This document shows positions 20,501 to 29,298 of a DNA stretch of 64,000 nt, in pieces. The notes beneath the pieces were generated by a model, which saw only the letters and a program-made list of their open reading frames with translations, had not been told where the DNA came from and made no database searches. Position numbers and translations under genes: made by a program. How positions within the stretch are numbered: the stretch's first letter is position 1; every line of letters starts with the position of its first letter. Source of the stretch: a virus; the IMG/VR virus record IMGVR_UViG_3300028146_000008, positions 1 to 64,000 of that record; one strand, written 5' to 3'.

Positions 20501-21763
20501 GAGGTCGTACCATTTAACCGTTCCATCCCAAACGTTGCTGCCGATAACTCCGGTAAAGTTCGGATAAGAACCATCTGTGGTTCCTTGAGCAAACCCTGGT
20601 GCGCCGTTTCCCTGGAGGTGGCCAGTTTTCGGATCGTAGATGATTGCAGGGTTGGCTAGGGTGCCTCCGACCGCGTTGTTATTAAAAACTTTTCCCGCAC
20701 CCCAACTTGCGATTGGACCCCAGTTCGTCCAAGTGATGGTTCCACCGCCTGTGGTGTCCAGCGTGGTTCCACCGGGGTTTTGATTCCACGGAGGCTCACC
20801 GTTGCCCGACGTACCGTACTGCGAATTCGGATTTGAACCGTCCGCATTAACGGAAATTAGTTGCTGCGCGGTGCCGGTTACGTTGTCGTGGATCAACCCC
20901 ATCGTGGAGTAAACGGTGCTGGCTTGCCAAACTACGGCTGCAGCACCTGACGCGACGATATTTAAAGTCGGGGCAACTCCGGGAGCCGTGATTCCCCAAT
21001 TCCAAGTAGCATTCGCGAAACCTGTATCCGCTGCGCTTGCGATGTCCGCATGAGTAAGGCTGAACTGGAACTGAGTAGTGTTCGCTTGCGTGATCGTGAA
21101 TGTGCCGTTAAAAGCGCCGCCACCGTTTGTGGTTTGAGAAATGACTACGGTTTGGCCAACCGCGAAGTTATTCTGAGACGTAATCGTTGCAACATTGGCG
21201 GTCAGCGAGGTATTCGTGATCGTGGTGAAACTGTTGCCGGGATTTCCGATTCCGAAGTCCAGCCATTTTTGCTGTTCGACCGTATCGCTGAAATAAAGGG
21301 ACTGGCCTACGCCTTGAAAAAAAGTTTGTGTGACGGTTCCCGTTTTCGTGAAGATCGGAATCACACCCTGGGACGCGGTTCCGTTTCCGTTCGTGTAACC
21401 ACCGACTAAATAAATCGCAGTCGGTGTGTCGGCAAAAACGCGGATTGTTCCACCTAGTTCGTGGAAGGAATAAAATGAATCAATGACTCCGGGTACAACG
21501 GAGGAAGAAATGTATGGTGTAAGACCCGCCGTATTTCCCGGACGGCGGCAGATCGTCAGTCTTTCCGAGACTTCTACGTTCTGGCCATCAATCAGTGCGT
21601 CCGTGCCACCGAGCTGGTAATATTTTTCATAAATTACTCCGGTTGGTGAACGCAGCGGATTACGATTTGTGACAATTCCGAGGAAGAACCGATTTGTAAA
21701 GATCGGACTCCAACGACTATCTTTTTCGTCTTTTGCGCCAGCGGCCTGGAGTACGGTAGTCAT
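17558..21763 (-). CDS. Tail nozzle/stabilisation protein (P22 gp10 / T7 tail tubular B-like) with inserted domains
   Basis: 1401 aa directly after the adaptor gene; N-terminal NVE..ICRRPG; YFGRIF beta-propeller-like segments. Confidence 0.6.
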   Translation of the reverse strand: MTTVLQAAGAKDEKDSRWSPIFTNRFFLGIVTNRNPLRSPTGVIYEKYYQLGGTDALIDGQNVEVSERLTICRRPGNTAGLTPYISSSVVPGVIDSFYSFHELGGTIRVFADTPTAIYLVGGYTNGNGTASQGVIPIFTKTGTVTQTFFQGVGQSLYFSDTVEQQKWLDFGIGNPGNSFTTITNTSLTANVATITSQNNFAVGQTVVISQTTNGGGAFNGTFTITQANTTQFQFSLTHADIASAADTGFANATWNWGITAPGVAPTLNIVASGAAAVVWQASTVYSTMGLIHDNVTGTAQQLISVNADGSNPNSQYGTSGNGEPPWNQNPGGTTLDTTGGGTITWTNWGPIASWGAGKVFNNNAVGGTLANPAIIYDPKTGHLQGNGAPGFAQGTTDGSYPNFTGVIGSNVWDGTVKWYDLGPVGRWQPSHSYPAFANNNPTLASHAIAEPILPSNGNTQTVFLQISGGGTSGSGYAPAFQAAAGSQVTDNQLIWISQGSDTWTALTNYSAWSGTQATFGVVKDSNGNMQVCTQTGATGSTQPVAQWQAGHVYPLNATIGDPNGYVQKVTTGGTSGVTKTLTNTVLTAGVATYTASAAHGYTSGQQVTVTGSTHNATFNVVNAIITSTPSGTTFTVNISHDDIGAGADTGTAKAGPTWNQTVGGTTTDGTVTWTNQGLENSGGRPTAWGFAYGDHTADGSVVWTCVGPPVTWAVNTIWHLPSAGFIPPSATSPYGGSQVIGSGFVQAAITSGKSGLVQPTWSVISQNFVLDPSTSNTQITWRNVAAQAANSISWTKGYGYVYAFKARSAVDLYSPQSIGGGGVLLGSSASTPSPAVDQGTFPTGSADGSVSTASPSVQMAAGANAGSVVYVSGIGSTDPQVDTISIFRTFDGGATYFWLTDIKNPSPINGVAQPWQFQDFLPDVANNLFAGLNTLVVAPINHSNDPPLPGAINMTQYFGRIFYSVGATVYASQGPNVGGSSQPPGNGYTAFNPGQFFTFPSTVTREVPTNIGLLIFTTSDLGIVSGGPLISAMYPNIYIPGLGLTSYNALTVRGGLIDLFTADSQVVTLDPNQGVAGTGKSIADQLSVYNGRSTTFSPSSAYVSFHSQGHNDAALFVADGSTGWFRCVTTPAPDSAISGPLWSPKANIVGGVKAIASLEVAPGQHALLMGSTTSNQPVLVRDSTYTTFSDNGSAYPANFTFGSMVLANPGQLAEVGFITCEFFKKGTSPRLAVLLDEVVDSVMTITAAAQSGSNTTYTYTLVSGFAPVVGQGVTITGMANSGNNGTFIITGIGGNTFTVINSSGVNATLQSGSSTSFEDLSAYVLPTGLPPQDSPWRYGATRQGSSLYTNRYYLAQSVGGIAPPQGTFCRHMQVKVDFGSTDTIQNEMLSQTVYGSHWNEK

Positions 21764-22698
21764 TACAGTGCTTGCCGTTCCTGTACACCTTGGGAGGTTT
21801 TAAGATTTACGGATTGTTGCTCCGTCATGGTGTTGAGCCACGCGGCCTGGAATATGTTCTTCTCGGATTCTTCAAGTCCTTCAGCCACTCCGAGTAGTGC
21901 GGAAACAAACTTCTGACTGGCGGCTTGCCAACGGCTGTCGTTGTTGTAGGCCATCATCAGCGCGACAAATCCCCACTGATAAATGTAGGAATAGTGGTCA
22001 GGGATCGGTGCCCATGTTTGGGCTGTAGTGGTGATAAGCGCGGGCACCCGTTTTTGGAAAATAACTTCGACGGTGTAGCTGCGATCCGGAATCGGGAGTA
22101 GGCGGAACGTGATGTTTCCAGCGTTGTCGTCAATCTGGGCGGAAATCTTCGCAGGCGAGCCAAGCTCACTGCCGGTGCCGATGACGCTCAAAACTTCGGA
22201 GATTTCTGTAGTCGTGCCTACTACTGCAGTGCCTGTATCGACTGCGCTGCCAACGGTTTGATTCAAGAGAACGGTGAACTGAGAACCTGTAGCTGAGTTG
22301 ACGGGCTGGTTAGTGATGTTAAAAACGCCGCCACCGTTTGTGGTTCCGACTACCGAAACTAAGTCGCCTGGACGGAAAGTGTTCGTGGACGTGTAAGTTG
22401 CAACTCCACCGGTAGCCACTGTGTTGGTGATTGTCGCGGCGGGAATTTTGTAACTGGCTTTTTCAATGAACCCAAAGGTTGCGGCAGAGGTCGCGTAATC
22501 TTGCGCTCCCGCAGTCGCATTAAGAGTTACCGAGCCCCTGTTCCAGTTGAAAATGAACGGAGGGCCGATAATCGTTTGCAACACGATATTCGCAGCCGTG
22601 ATAGCTGGATCGCTGTTTGTTCCTACGGTCAGAGGGCGATACCCGCCAAACGTTTGGGCATAGCCTACTGACTGAGCTACCGTGACTGTGGTTGCCAC
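21763..22698 (-). CDS. Head-tail adaptor (tail tubular A-like), paralogue A
   Basis: PFIFNWNR, GAQDYA, LLPIPD..Y.V, PIPDHY motifs. Confidence 0.6.
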   Translation of the reverse strand: MATTVTVAQSVGYAQTFGGYRPLTVGTNSDPAITAANIVLQTIIGPPFIFNWNRGSVTLNATAGAQDYATSAATFGFIEKASYKIPAATITNTVATGGVATYTSTNTFRPGDLVSVVGTTNGGGVFNITNQPVNSATGSQFTVLLNQTVGSAVDTGTAVVGTTTEISEVLSVIGTGSELGSPAKISAQIDDNAGNITFRLLPIPDRSYTVEVIFQKRVPALITTTAQTWAPIPDHYSYIYQWGFVALMMAYNNDSRWQAASQKFVSALLGVAEGLEESEKNIFQAAWLNTMTEQQSVNLKTSQGVQERQAL

Positions 22699-23541
22699 TT
22701 ATTCTTCCTTTTTATCTTTGTGCCAGTCGAACCAGTCTGAGCAGTATTCGTCTATCGGAGCGGGAATCAGTTCAGAGCCATTCCACTTAATGAAGTACTC
22801 GTTTGTGCAGGTCTTTTTATCGTCGCCGAGATATTCACACTTCGCGCAACTTGATCCGCCCTTTGGAACTACCATCCCCGGTACATGATCTTCTGGGTAT
22901 CTCGGGCGTTCGGCGTCTTTTTTGTCGCGCTTTTTGAAAATCGGCTCGATCCCGGACTTTGTGAAAGTCAGGATTCCGCCCGGTTCGGTCATTCCTTCGT
23001 AGCCAACTTCTTTCCCACCTTTGTTTACATGGTGGTATAGGAATGAGGTGTTGGAACCGTGACCAATCACGATGAAAGATACGGGCCGTTTAAGCTGTTT
23101 ACTAACTGAAGTGACTGCTTCCGTGATGTCCGCAAAAACCTTGGCTTGGCGTTTGTTGAAAGTGTTTAGAGATTCGCCGCCCGGAATCTTCTTCTCGGGG
23201 TGCTCCATGAACTCATCAAGCGGATGTGCGGTTTTGCTTTTCCCTGTGAAGTCGCCAACATCTACTGGACGGAGCCGTTTGTCGGTGATGATTTCTTTGA
23301 CGCCTAAAATGTCGGCTATAATCTTGGCAGTTTCTTGAATACGCGAGAGATCGTCTGCGATGATGACGGGCGAATCGACTCCCAGACCTTTCAGATAGAT
23401 TCCGGCGTCTTTAGCGTCCTGTTTTCCGTTTTCATCCAGTTGAGCGAACTCTTCATTCGACCAGCCACGGTAGATATTTTTTTCGTTGCCTCGGGTTCGG
23501 CCATGTCTGACCATGTGAAAAATAGGTTGACTTAATGCCAT
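22699..23541 (-). CDS. Histidine phosphatase (PGM family) with a C-terminal 4-Cys domain
   Basis: VRHGRT, PGGES and IGHG motifs. Confidence 0.85.
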   Translation of the reverse strand: MALSQPIFHMVRHGRTRGNEKNIYRGWSNEEFAQLDENGKQDAKDAGIYLKGLGVDSPVIIADDLSRIQETAKIIADILGVKEIITDKRLRPVDVGDFTGKSKTAHPLDEFMEHPEKKIPGGESLNTFNKRQAKVFADITEAVTSVSKQLKRPVSFIVIGHGSNTSFLYHHVNKGGKEVGYEGMTEPGGILTFTKSGIEPIFKKRDKKDAERPRYPEDHVPGMVVPKGGSSCAKCEYLGDDKKTCTNEYFIKWNGSELIPAPIDEYCSDWFDWHKDKKEE

Positions 23542-23561
23542 TCTTGTGGTATCCTATAAAT

Positions 23562-23777
23562 ATGCTGAAATGGTTCCGCTTTAAACTGTGGCAAATAAAC
23601 AACTGGCTAAACAGCAGACCGTGCTTTCACGGTAAAGGCTGGCTTGTGGCGGAAGAGTATAAGAAATACCGGAGTTTCGTTTCTGCCCCAGAGCGAGGTA
23701 TAAGGCTTACTTGTCGCCGTTGCAACAAGATGTGGCCTACAGCGCCCCGAGAAGTCCTTGACGAACTTTCCCGTTAG
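23562..23777 (+). CDS. Small antisense-oriented hypothetical protein with its own promoter
   Basis: TTGACT (23527), 17 nt, TATCCT (23550), ATG 23562; CxxC near the C-terminus. Confidence 0.5.
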   Translation: MLKWFRFKLWQINNWLNSRPCFHGKGWLVAEEYKKYRSFVSAPERGIRLTCRRCNKMWPTAPREVLDELSR

Positions 23778-24102
23778 TATCGAACCCCTGGTAATCACTT
23801 CCCTCAACAGCTGGTGCTTCTAACGGGCTGTTTAGGTTTGGTGGATTCGACCCGTTCGGGTTTTTAATTGCGAACATCGGAGTGCCGCCATTTGTTCCGA
23901 CATAAGTTGCCGCTGGATCGGCGGTTGTTCCGTCCGTGACGCTCACGGATTGATCTTGATAAATCTGGGATGTTGTAACCGTCTGCAATTGTGTAACTGA
24001 ATCGCCTTCTGAGAAAACTTGAGCGGTTGGGCCAGTCGTGGGTAACGGAACTAAATTCTCGGCGCTTTGCAGGGTTTTTTGAGTTCCAGTTAAAACGATC
24101 AT
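23737..24102 (-). CDS. Small Pro/Thr/Asn-rich hypothetical protein
   Basis: MIVLTGTQK... start coupled to the upstream stop (ATGA). Confidence 0.5.
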   Translation of the reverse strand: MIVLTGTQKTLQSAENLVPLPTTGPTAQVFSEGDSVTQLQTVTTSQIYQDQSVSVTDGTTADPAATYVGTNGGTPMFAIKNPNGSNPPNLNSPLEAPAVEGSDYQGFDTNGKVRQGLLGAL

Positions 24103-24482
24103 CTTTGTGCTACCGCTGGATTGAACGGGCTGGATTGATTCGTTCCGGGATTGTTCACTGAACCAAATCCGCCTGCGTTCTGGTAAAGCGGCCCGGTTCC
24201 GTAAGCTAGATTTTCTGAGGTTAAATCCACGGGATACGGTCGCCATGAACCATCCGGCCATTGGTAAGTTGCTCGCGCGTCCGCTGTCGTGATGATTAGC
24301 GCCGGATCCTGAGTGCTCGGGGCGACGTTTGGTGAACTTGTCGGCCCTGCGGGGTTGACTCCTGGATTATCCAGAACCGAAGATTCAACGAACGGAGCAG
24401 TCGAGACCCCGTTGGCCGGAATAACCGGTGTCGGGTTCGGCTGCGGATTTAATTGCTGGGCGTCTATTTCTACGTGGATCAT
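24099..24482 (-). CDS. Small Pro/Asn-rich hypothetical protein
   Basis: MIHVEIDAQQLNPQPNP..., ATGA coupling. Confidence 0.5.
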   Translation of the reverse strand: MIHVEIDAQQLNPQPNPTPVIPANGVSTAPFVESSVLDNPGVNPAGPTSSPNVAPSTQDPALIITTADARATYQWPDGSWRPYPVDLTSENLAYGTGPLYQNAGGFGSVNNPGTNQSSPFNPAVAQR

Positions 24483-24609
24483 CGTTGGTAGTAAGCGATA
24501 ATTCTTTGTTCGTATAACCGCATCCGCTCGATGTAAGCGGCCCATCCTGGTTTCCACTTCGGAGGCCAGTGATCTTTTTTATGACTTTTGCGTGTCTTCA
24601 CAAAATCTC

Positions 24610-24783
24610 CTAGCTCAGTGGCGGATACGGACTTGGGTTCGGGTTCTCAATTTGTGAACTGACCACCGGTTGCGTGATTGCGGGCACTCCATAGAATTCA
24701 TCCCAAGCGTAAAGTTCTCCAGGGGCAGGGCTTTGCGGGGCGACGGCCACGGTTGAGTTGATTGTTACGGTTAGTTCGCTCAT
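24610..24783 (-). CDS. 57-aa Pro-rich hypothetical protein (below the ORF-track cutoff)
   Basis: MSELTVTINSTVAVAPQSPAPGELYAWDEFYGVPAITQPVVSSQIENPNPSPYPPLS; ATGA-coupled to the upstream ORF. Confidence 0.5.
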   Translation of the reverse strand: MSELTVTINSTVAVAPQSPAPGELYAWDEFYGVPAITQPVVSSQIENPNPSPYPPLS

Positions 24784-25025
24784 GGGGTTGGCGGTGCATT
24801 TACTGGGAACGCCTGGGTCAGTTTCTGGTTCACTAAGTAAACGTCTTGGACTCCGTATGGAAAAGAGTCCGAAACCGCTGGTGGAATAGTTCCGGGATTG
24901 TCCAACTCTGAAGAAACCACAAACACCACGTTTTGCAATGCTTGGTTCGGGATGATTTCTTGAACCGATCCCGCTGGTGGCGGCTGAATGTAAGTGACCT
25001 GTTCAGTTGTGAACGTCGCGTTCAT
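24780..25025 (-). CDS. Small Pro-rich hypothetical protein
   Basis: MNATFTTEQVTYIQPPP..., TAATG coupling with the upstream gene. Confidence 0.5.
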   Translation of the reverse strand: MNATFTTEQVTYIQPPPAGSVQEIIPNQALQNVVFVVSSELDNPGTIPPAVSDSFPYGVQDVYLVNQKLTQAFPVNAPPTP

Positions 25026-26119
25026 TAGTAGCCAAACGGGTATGCAGGCCCGACATAATTCCATGAGTTGTCGGACATGATCGTGGAACCTGGATAGAAT
25101 CCGGCGTTCTCCCGCTCGCGGTCGGCTTGCTGGCGAGCATTGACGAGAGATTTCTGCCAGTTTGAGTACATATCCTGGTACTTCGCTCGTTTGCGCGGAT
25201 CGGCGGCGTGCGCGTAGGTAAGAGCTACGAACCCGTCGCGGAAATATTTCGCGAAGTCATCCGGAATAGGCTCGATGGTCTGGTTGAAATTAGTGAACGG
25301 CCCGCCTTGTGCTCCGTTCTGATTCGTGAATGAAAAAGCCCGCCACTGCCCGGTGAGGGAGAACTGATAAACAATCCCAGTTTGAGGCGGGGTTGGGTAG
25401 CAGCGAATCCCCATGCCTTTGGGATTTACCGCAGTCCATACTACGGAGCCGTCAGTAACTGTGGTTGCGGTTTGGTTGGGATTTTGAGAGGTAGGATAGA
25501 CCGGGTTGAGGTTGGACGCGAATGGGTTGACTGCGCCCGTAGTTCCGAAGGTGGTCACGACCCAGAAGTTTCCAAAAGCATCCTGAACTTGCAGAATCGG
25601 ATTGATCGGTGCAGCGTACACGCCGAGCAGGGGGCCAATCACCATGTTCGGACCAGGGTTCAGACCGATGGTAGCGTTGCCTGTGTTGGCCGCGCCCCAT
25701 GTTGCGTAATAAAGTTGGTCATTCGGAAACCAGCAAATCTGTCCCGGACGCCCGTATTGGGTGGACGTTCTCGGGAGGTCGCGGACTACTTCAAGAGGCC
25801 ACACCGGTTTAGGAATCGCGGTGTTGTTGATGTCAACCAGCTCGCCGTGCTCGATCCAGCCAAGGTTTACGAGTCCTGGAATCGCGTAGTCCTGTTGGAA
25901 ACCGTTTGTGTAGAAATACGGAAACTGGTTTCCGGGGTTCATTCTGTTGAATTTCCAGTTGAACGCCTGGGAAATCATTTCAGTCATAACATCACAAGCT
26001 ATGACCAGGGCGGGCTGCAATGAATTTCCCGCAGATGTGCTCTGGACAACATCCGCTATATCGGGAAACGTTTTTGTATATGAAACAACTGAACCAATTG
26101 TAGTAGTGCTATTCGGCAT
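25025..26119 (-). CDS. Head-tail adaptor-like protein, paralogue B
   Basis: FNWKFNR, FQQDYA, GWIEHG and PIPDDF shared with 21763-22698. Confidence 0.55.
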   Translation of the reverse strand: MPNSTTTIGSVVSYTKTFPDIADVVQSTSAGNSLQPALVIACDVMTEMISQAFNWKFNRMNPGNQFPYFYTNGFQQDYAIPGLVNLGWIEHGELVDINNTAIPKPVWPLEVVRDLPRTSTQYGRPGQICWFPNDQLYYATWGAANTGNATIGLNPGPNMVIGPLLGVYAAPINPILQVQDAFGNFWVVTTFGTTGAVNPFASNLNPVYPTSQNPNQTATTVTDGSVVWTAVNPKGMGIRCYPTPPQTGIVYQFSLTGQWRAFSFTNQNGAQGGPFTNFNQTIEPIPDDFAKYFRDGFVALTYAHAADPRKRAKYQDMYSNWQKSLVNARQQADRERENAGFYPGSTIMSDNSWNYVGPAYPFGY

Positions 26120-27380
26120 TCAGAAACTCAATAAGCTTGTTCACGGAATTCTCAAATCCAAATCCGTGATTCTTAAACAGGCGAGCCGTGGGATACCAAG
26201 CGGTTCGTGTATCTTCTAAACCAAACTTCCAGTCCAGGGCACCACTCAAAGCAACGTAGGTGGGCTTGCCCATCGAGGCTGCGAGGTGCATCACAGCGGT
26301 ATCGACGCTCACTACAGCATCAAGTTGAGAAATCAGGGCGCATGTATCTTCCCAGTTCTCAATAGTTGGCCGCGCCATCGGGAGAAGATCGTCGGGTTCG
26401 GTCTGTAACTTTACGAGCCGGTACTTCCCTATCGTGCTGGCAATGATTTTATCGGCCTGCTGATTCGTAAGGGCTCGATAAATCCCTGCCGCGACGAGAG
26501 GTGTTTCTTGTTGTTTTGCGTACCAGCACATGCCCAATTGCGGGAGGCCGTTGTCTTTCAGATCGGCGTATTTCTTTACTCGCTCGGGATCCGGTTCAAA
26601 CGTGAGCGGTTCCGGAATATCGTCCGGTTGCACATTGAACACGGCGGGCAAATCAAAGAATCCGACTGCGGGGACTTTCTGCGGTACTTCAGTTAGTAAA
26701 CGGATTTCCGGGCACCAAGATTGCCTTTTGAAAAGATCAACAAACCCCGACTCGAAAAAGTATGGCGGCAAGTAGATGGTTAACTTGTCTACCATTTTTG
26801 TCAGTTCCGGTATCCAGCGACCGCAATGAATCAAGTCACCGAACCCGCCTTCTGAGATTAACGACAGTTCCTTACAAGGCTGCCGATTCCACTCGGGCAA
26901 ATAGGCGGCATAGACCATCCGCTTTTTGAGTTTCAGGGTTTCTTTGTGTGCCTCGGTCCACCGACCTTGGAACAACAAAGCTTGGGTGTAGGCTAGGTCG
27001 ATACTGAATCCGGCCTCGTGGGGGTAGGCGTGGGCTTTGTAGTAAAAATCACACGCTTTAGGGATATCCCCGAGGTGATGGTAGGCAACGGCCATCAGAT
27101 GCGCTGTGATTGCGGTTTTAGTGCAATCCCAGGCTTCCACAGCAGCTTTTAACATGTCAGGGGTACCTAGAGCCTCAAAAATCATGGCACGGGCTATTAA
27201 TAGCTCTGCGCGACGATTTTTAGAAATCCCAGGTGTTAGTGCCTTTTCCAGTGCCTTTATTTGGGAATGGGCAGCTTCCGCATTTGGTATCAGGATTTCG
27301 TTCTTATCCGGATTGATCCACTTAGCGGCTCGGGTTCCTGCTTGGGCTCGGTTTGGGGGTATGCGGTATGCTAATTGCAT
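26109..27380 (-). CDS. TPR-containing GT9-like glycosyltransferase
   Basis: EGGFGD; WEDTCALISQLDAVVSVDTAVMHLAASMGKP; WYPTARLF. Confidence 0.85.
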   Translation of the reverse strand: MQLAYRIPPNRAQAGTRAAKWINPDKNEILIPNAEAAHSQIKALEKALTPGISKNRRAELLIARAMIFEALGTPDMLKAAVEAWDCTKTAITAHLMAVAYHHLGDIPKACDFYYKAHAYPHEAGFSIDLAYTQALLFQGRWTEAHKETLKLKKRMVYAAYLPEWNRQPCKELSLISEGGFGDLIHCGRWIPELTKMVDKLTIYLPPYFFESGFVDLFKRQSWCPEIRLLTEVPQKVPAVGFFDLPAVFNVQPDDIPEPLTFEPDPERVKKYADLKDNGLPQLGMCWYAKQQETPLVAAGIYRALTNQQADKIIASTIGKYRLVKLQTEPDDLLPMARPTIENWEDTCALISQLDAVVSVDTAVMHLAASMGKPTYVALSGALDWKFGLEDTRTAWYPTARLFKNHGFGFENSVNKLIEFLNAE

Positions 27381-27411
27381 TTTCGCTCTATTTGTGCTAC
27401 TCTATTGTTCT

Positions 27412-27729
27412 ATGTTTGGCTGGTTCAAACGCACCCGAATCACTAACGATCAAATCTTAGCCCAGGTCTCAGCTCTCGACGCGCGGGTTGCGTCTTTTGA
27501 GCAAAAACTGACCAGACTTCAGCAGACCTTAGACGCCCTGCTAAAGAAGTACAAATGCATCATCTGTGGAAAAGAGTTCGCCCGCCTTCCGCATGAGAGT
27601 GACAAGCGATGCCCTGCCTGCCAATCACAAATTAAAGCGATCTCTTCACCGTCTTTATCGAACGGAAATAGCGGACACCGAGGAGCGGGGCACAACACGC
27701 GGGGGATTCACAAGAAAGCGGGCGTGTAG
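27412..27729 (+). CDS. Antisense-oriented coiled-coil plus zinc-ribbon protein
   Basis: CIICGKEF...CPAC; extended -10-like TGCTACTCT just upstream of ATG 27412. Confidence 0.5.
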   Translation: MFGWFKRTRITNDQILAQVSALDARVASFEQKLTRLQQTLDALLKKYKCIICGKEFARLPHESDKRCPACQSQIKAISSPSLSNGNSGHRGAGHNTRGIHKKAGV

Positions 27730-27915
27730 TACTTCACAAGTGAACTACTTTCTATTCTTTCGGCTCCAAGTTAACCCACACACCGTTTCGCCAAAGTCCC
27801 GAAGGGGTGGCTACCTTCGGGGCATGGGCTTCGTCTAGTTTCTTTGCTTCTTCGGGATTGTTTAGCAGCCACTCTTTGTACTCCGAAGCGGTCATTTGTT
27901 TGACGGATTTAGTCA

Positions 27916-28458
27916 TTACGCGCTCCGTTCTGCAAGTGCATCGGTACGTTCAAACAGAAATGTTGACGAACCGGACGGAGAGTTGTCCGTAGGATAGTTG
28001 ATGGCTTCCTGGTAACCAGGGGTTTCTTTTTGCCCCAGAAGAGGAAAGCCGGGGTGCCACTCATGGCCGCACCGCATACAAAGAACGAAATAGCGACCGT
28101 TCGGGAGTTTATGCTTGGCTACCGCGAACATCGCGTCAGTTCCCTGCCCGCGCATTACGGATTCGGCACCGATCCCGCCCTTGCGGTGGTTGCAATTCTT
28201 GAAGATAGCCTCTCGCTGGGCCAAGAACTGCAGAACGGCTAGATTCTTGGAGCGGGCTTCTTCCAACTTAGCGGAACGAGCCGCTTTGATCTTGGCTACC
28301 TGCTCGCGCTTGATTTCCAAATCAAGTTCTTTCATTTCGCGGTCTGTAGCAAGCAAGTCTTCGGCCAACTGAGCGTTGGTCTTGGTTTCGAGATTTTTAG
28401 AAAATGCGTCTAGCGTCTCGGTATTGTCGAATTCTGATTTGGGTGTATCTTTAGCCAT
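27916..28458 (-). CDS. Hypothetical protein (coiled coil plus Zn-binding CxH/CxxC)
   Basis: CNHRKGG...CMRCGHEW. Confidence 0.6.
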   Translation of the reverse strand: MAKDTPKSEFDNTETLDAFSKNLETKTNAQLAEDLLATDREMKELDLEIKREQVAKIKAARSAKLEEARSKNLAVLQFLAQREAIFKNCNHRKGGIGAESVMRGQGTDAMFAVAKHKLPNGRYFVLCMRCGHEWHPGFPLLGQKETPGYQEAINYPTDNSPSGSSTFLFERTDALAERSA

Positions 28459-28459
28459 T

Positions 28460-29266
28460 CTATTTTCCTTTTCCCGTTAATTGCGGGGTAGTGTTTGTGG
28501 TATCTACTTGTTGTACTTCTGTGGGTCGAGTTCTTATGAACTTCAAGTACTCGTAATAACGTCTACTGAATGCGTTTGGTTCCGGCGCTCCGAATGCGGC
28601 GTGCGCTGCGCTCTCGGTCAAGATTCCTGACTCGATGAGTTTCAGCAAAACCGTTCGCCACCCCCGGCGTTTGGAACCGAGCGGAACGTTGTAGCGGTCA
28701 AAGTGAAGTTCCTCGAACTCCTGCATTAAAGGAACCTGGACAAATCCAACGTAATGCGGGGTGCCGCGCTCATGGGTGCAAGCGGGAAAAAACCCCGGAT
28801 GGTTCACATATAAACCAAGTGTGTTCGCCATCCCACCTTTGTCCGTATACCAAGCTCGGGATCCGGACGGCAGCGCCGATTGAAGTAGGCGCATAAAGTC
28901 GTTCATAGGAAGGATTCGGCCTTCACGTTTAGTTTGTAACTCTTCCTGGTTCGCCCACCGAAACTGCTTTCGGGATTCTACGTTCTGTTCGTAGAGGCGA
29001 AGAAACTCTTCCTTCGCTTTTTGCGAAGATTGGCTGAGACTTCTTTCTTCAGCCTGATTCATTATTTGTGCTACTTCAGGTTCAATCGTGTCTTGGTCGT
29101 AGCTGAACTCGCGGTCGTAATCTTTTATAGCGTTACCTGACCGAGTGTACTGATGGCCTTTTTGAGCGACCTGAATTGCGTCGCATTTAGCGCACCGCAG
29201 ACCGATATCGGACGGGATTCCAGTACCGCAATAAATGCATCTATTTGTGTATTTGAGGCTTGACAA
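28460..29266 (-). CDS. Hypothetical protein with an N-terminal zinc finger
   Basis: CIYC..CAKC; 268-aa ORF downstream of the MCP. Confidence 0.6.
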   Translation of the reverse strand: MSSLKYTNRCIYCGTGIPSDIGLRCAKCDAIQVAQKGHQYTRSGNAIKDYDREFSYDQDTIEPEVAQIMNQAEERSLSQSSQKAKEEFLRLYEQNVESRKQFRWANQEELQTKREGRILPMNDFMRLLQSALPSGSRAWYTDKGGMANTLGLYVNHPGFFPACTHERGTPHYVGFVQVPLMQEFEELHFDRYNVPLGSKRRGWRTVLLKLIESGILTESAAHAAFGAPEPNAFSRRYYEYLKFIRTRPTEVQQVDTTNTTPQLTGKGK

Positions 29267-29298
29267 TTCAAGGCTCCATTTGGTATACTATCTATGAG

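Noticed and set aside
10043-21409. Many plus-strand ORFs opposite the tail genes (for example 19607-20344 and 12357-12860)
   Set aside because: They are shadows of long minus-strand genes, with no recognisable motifs.
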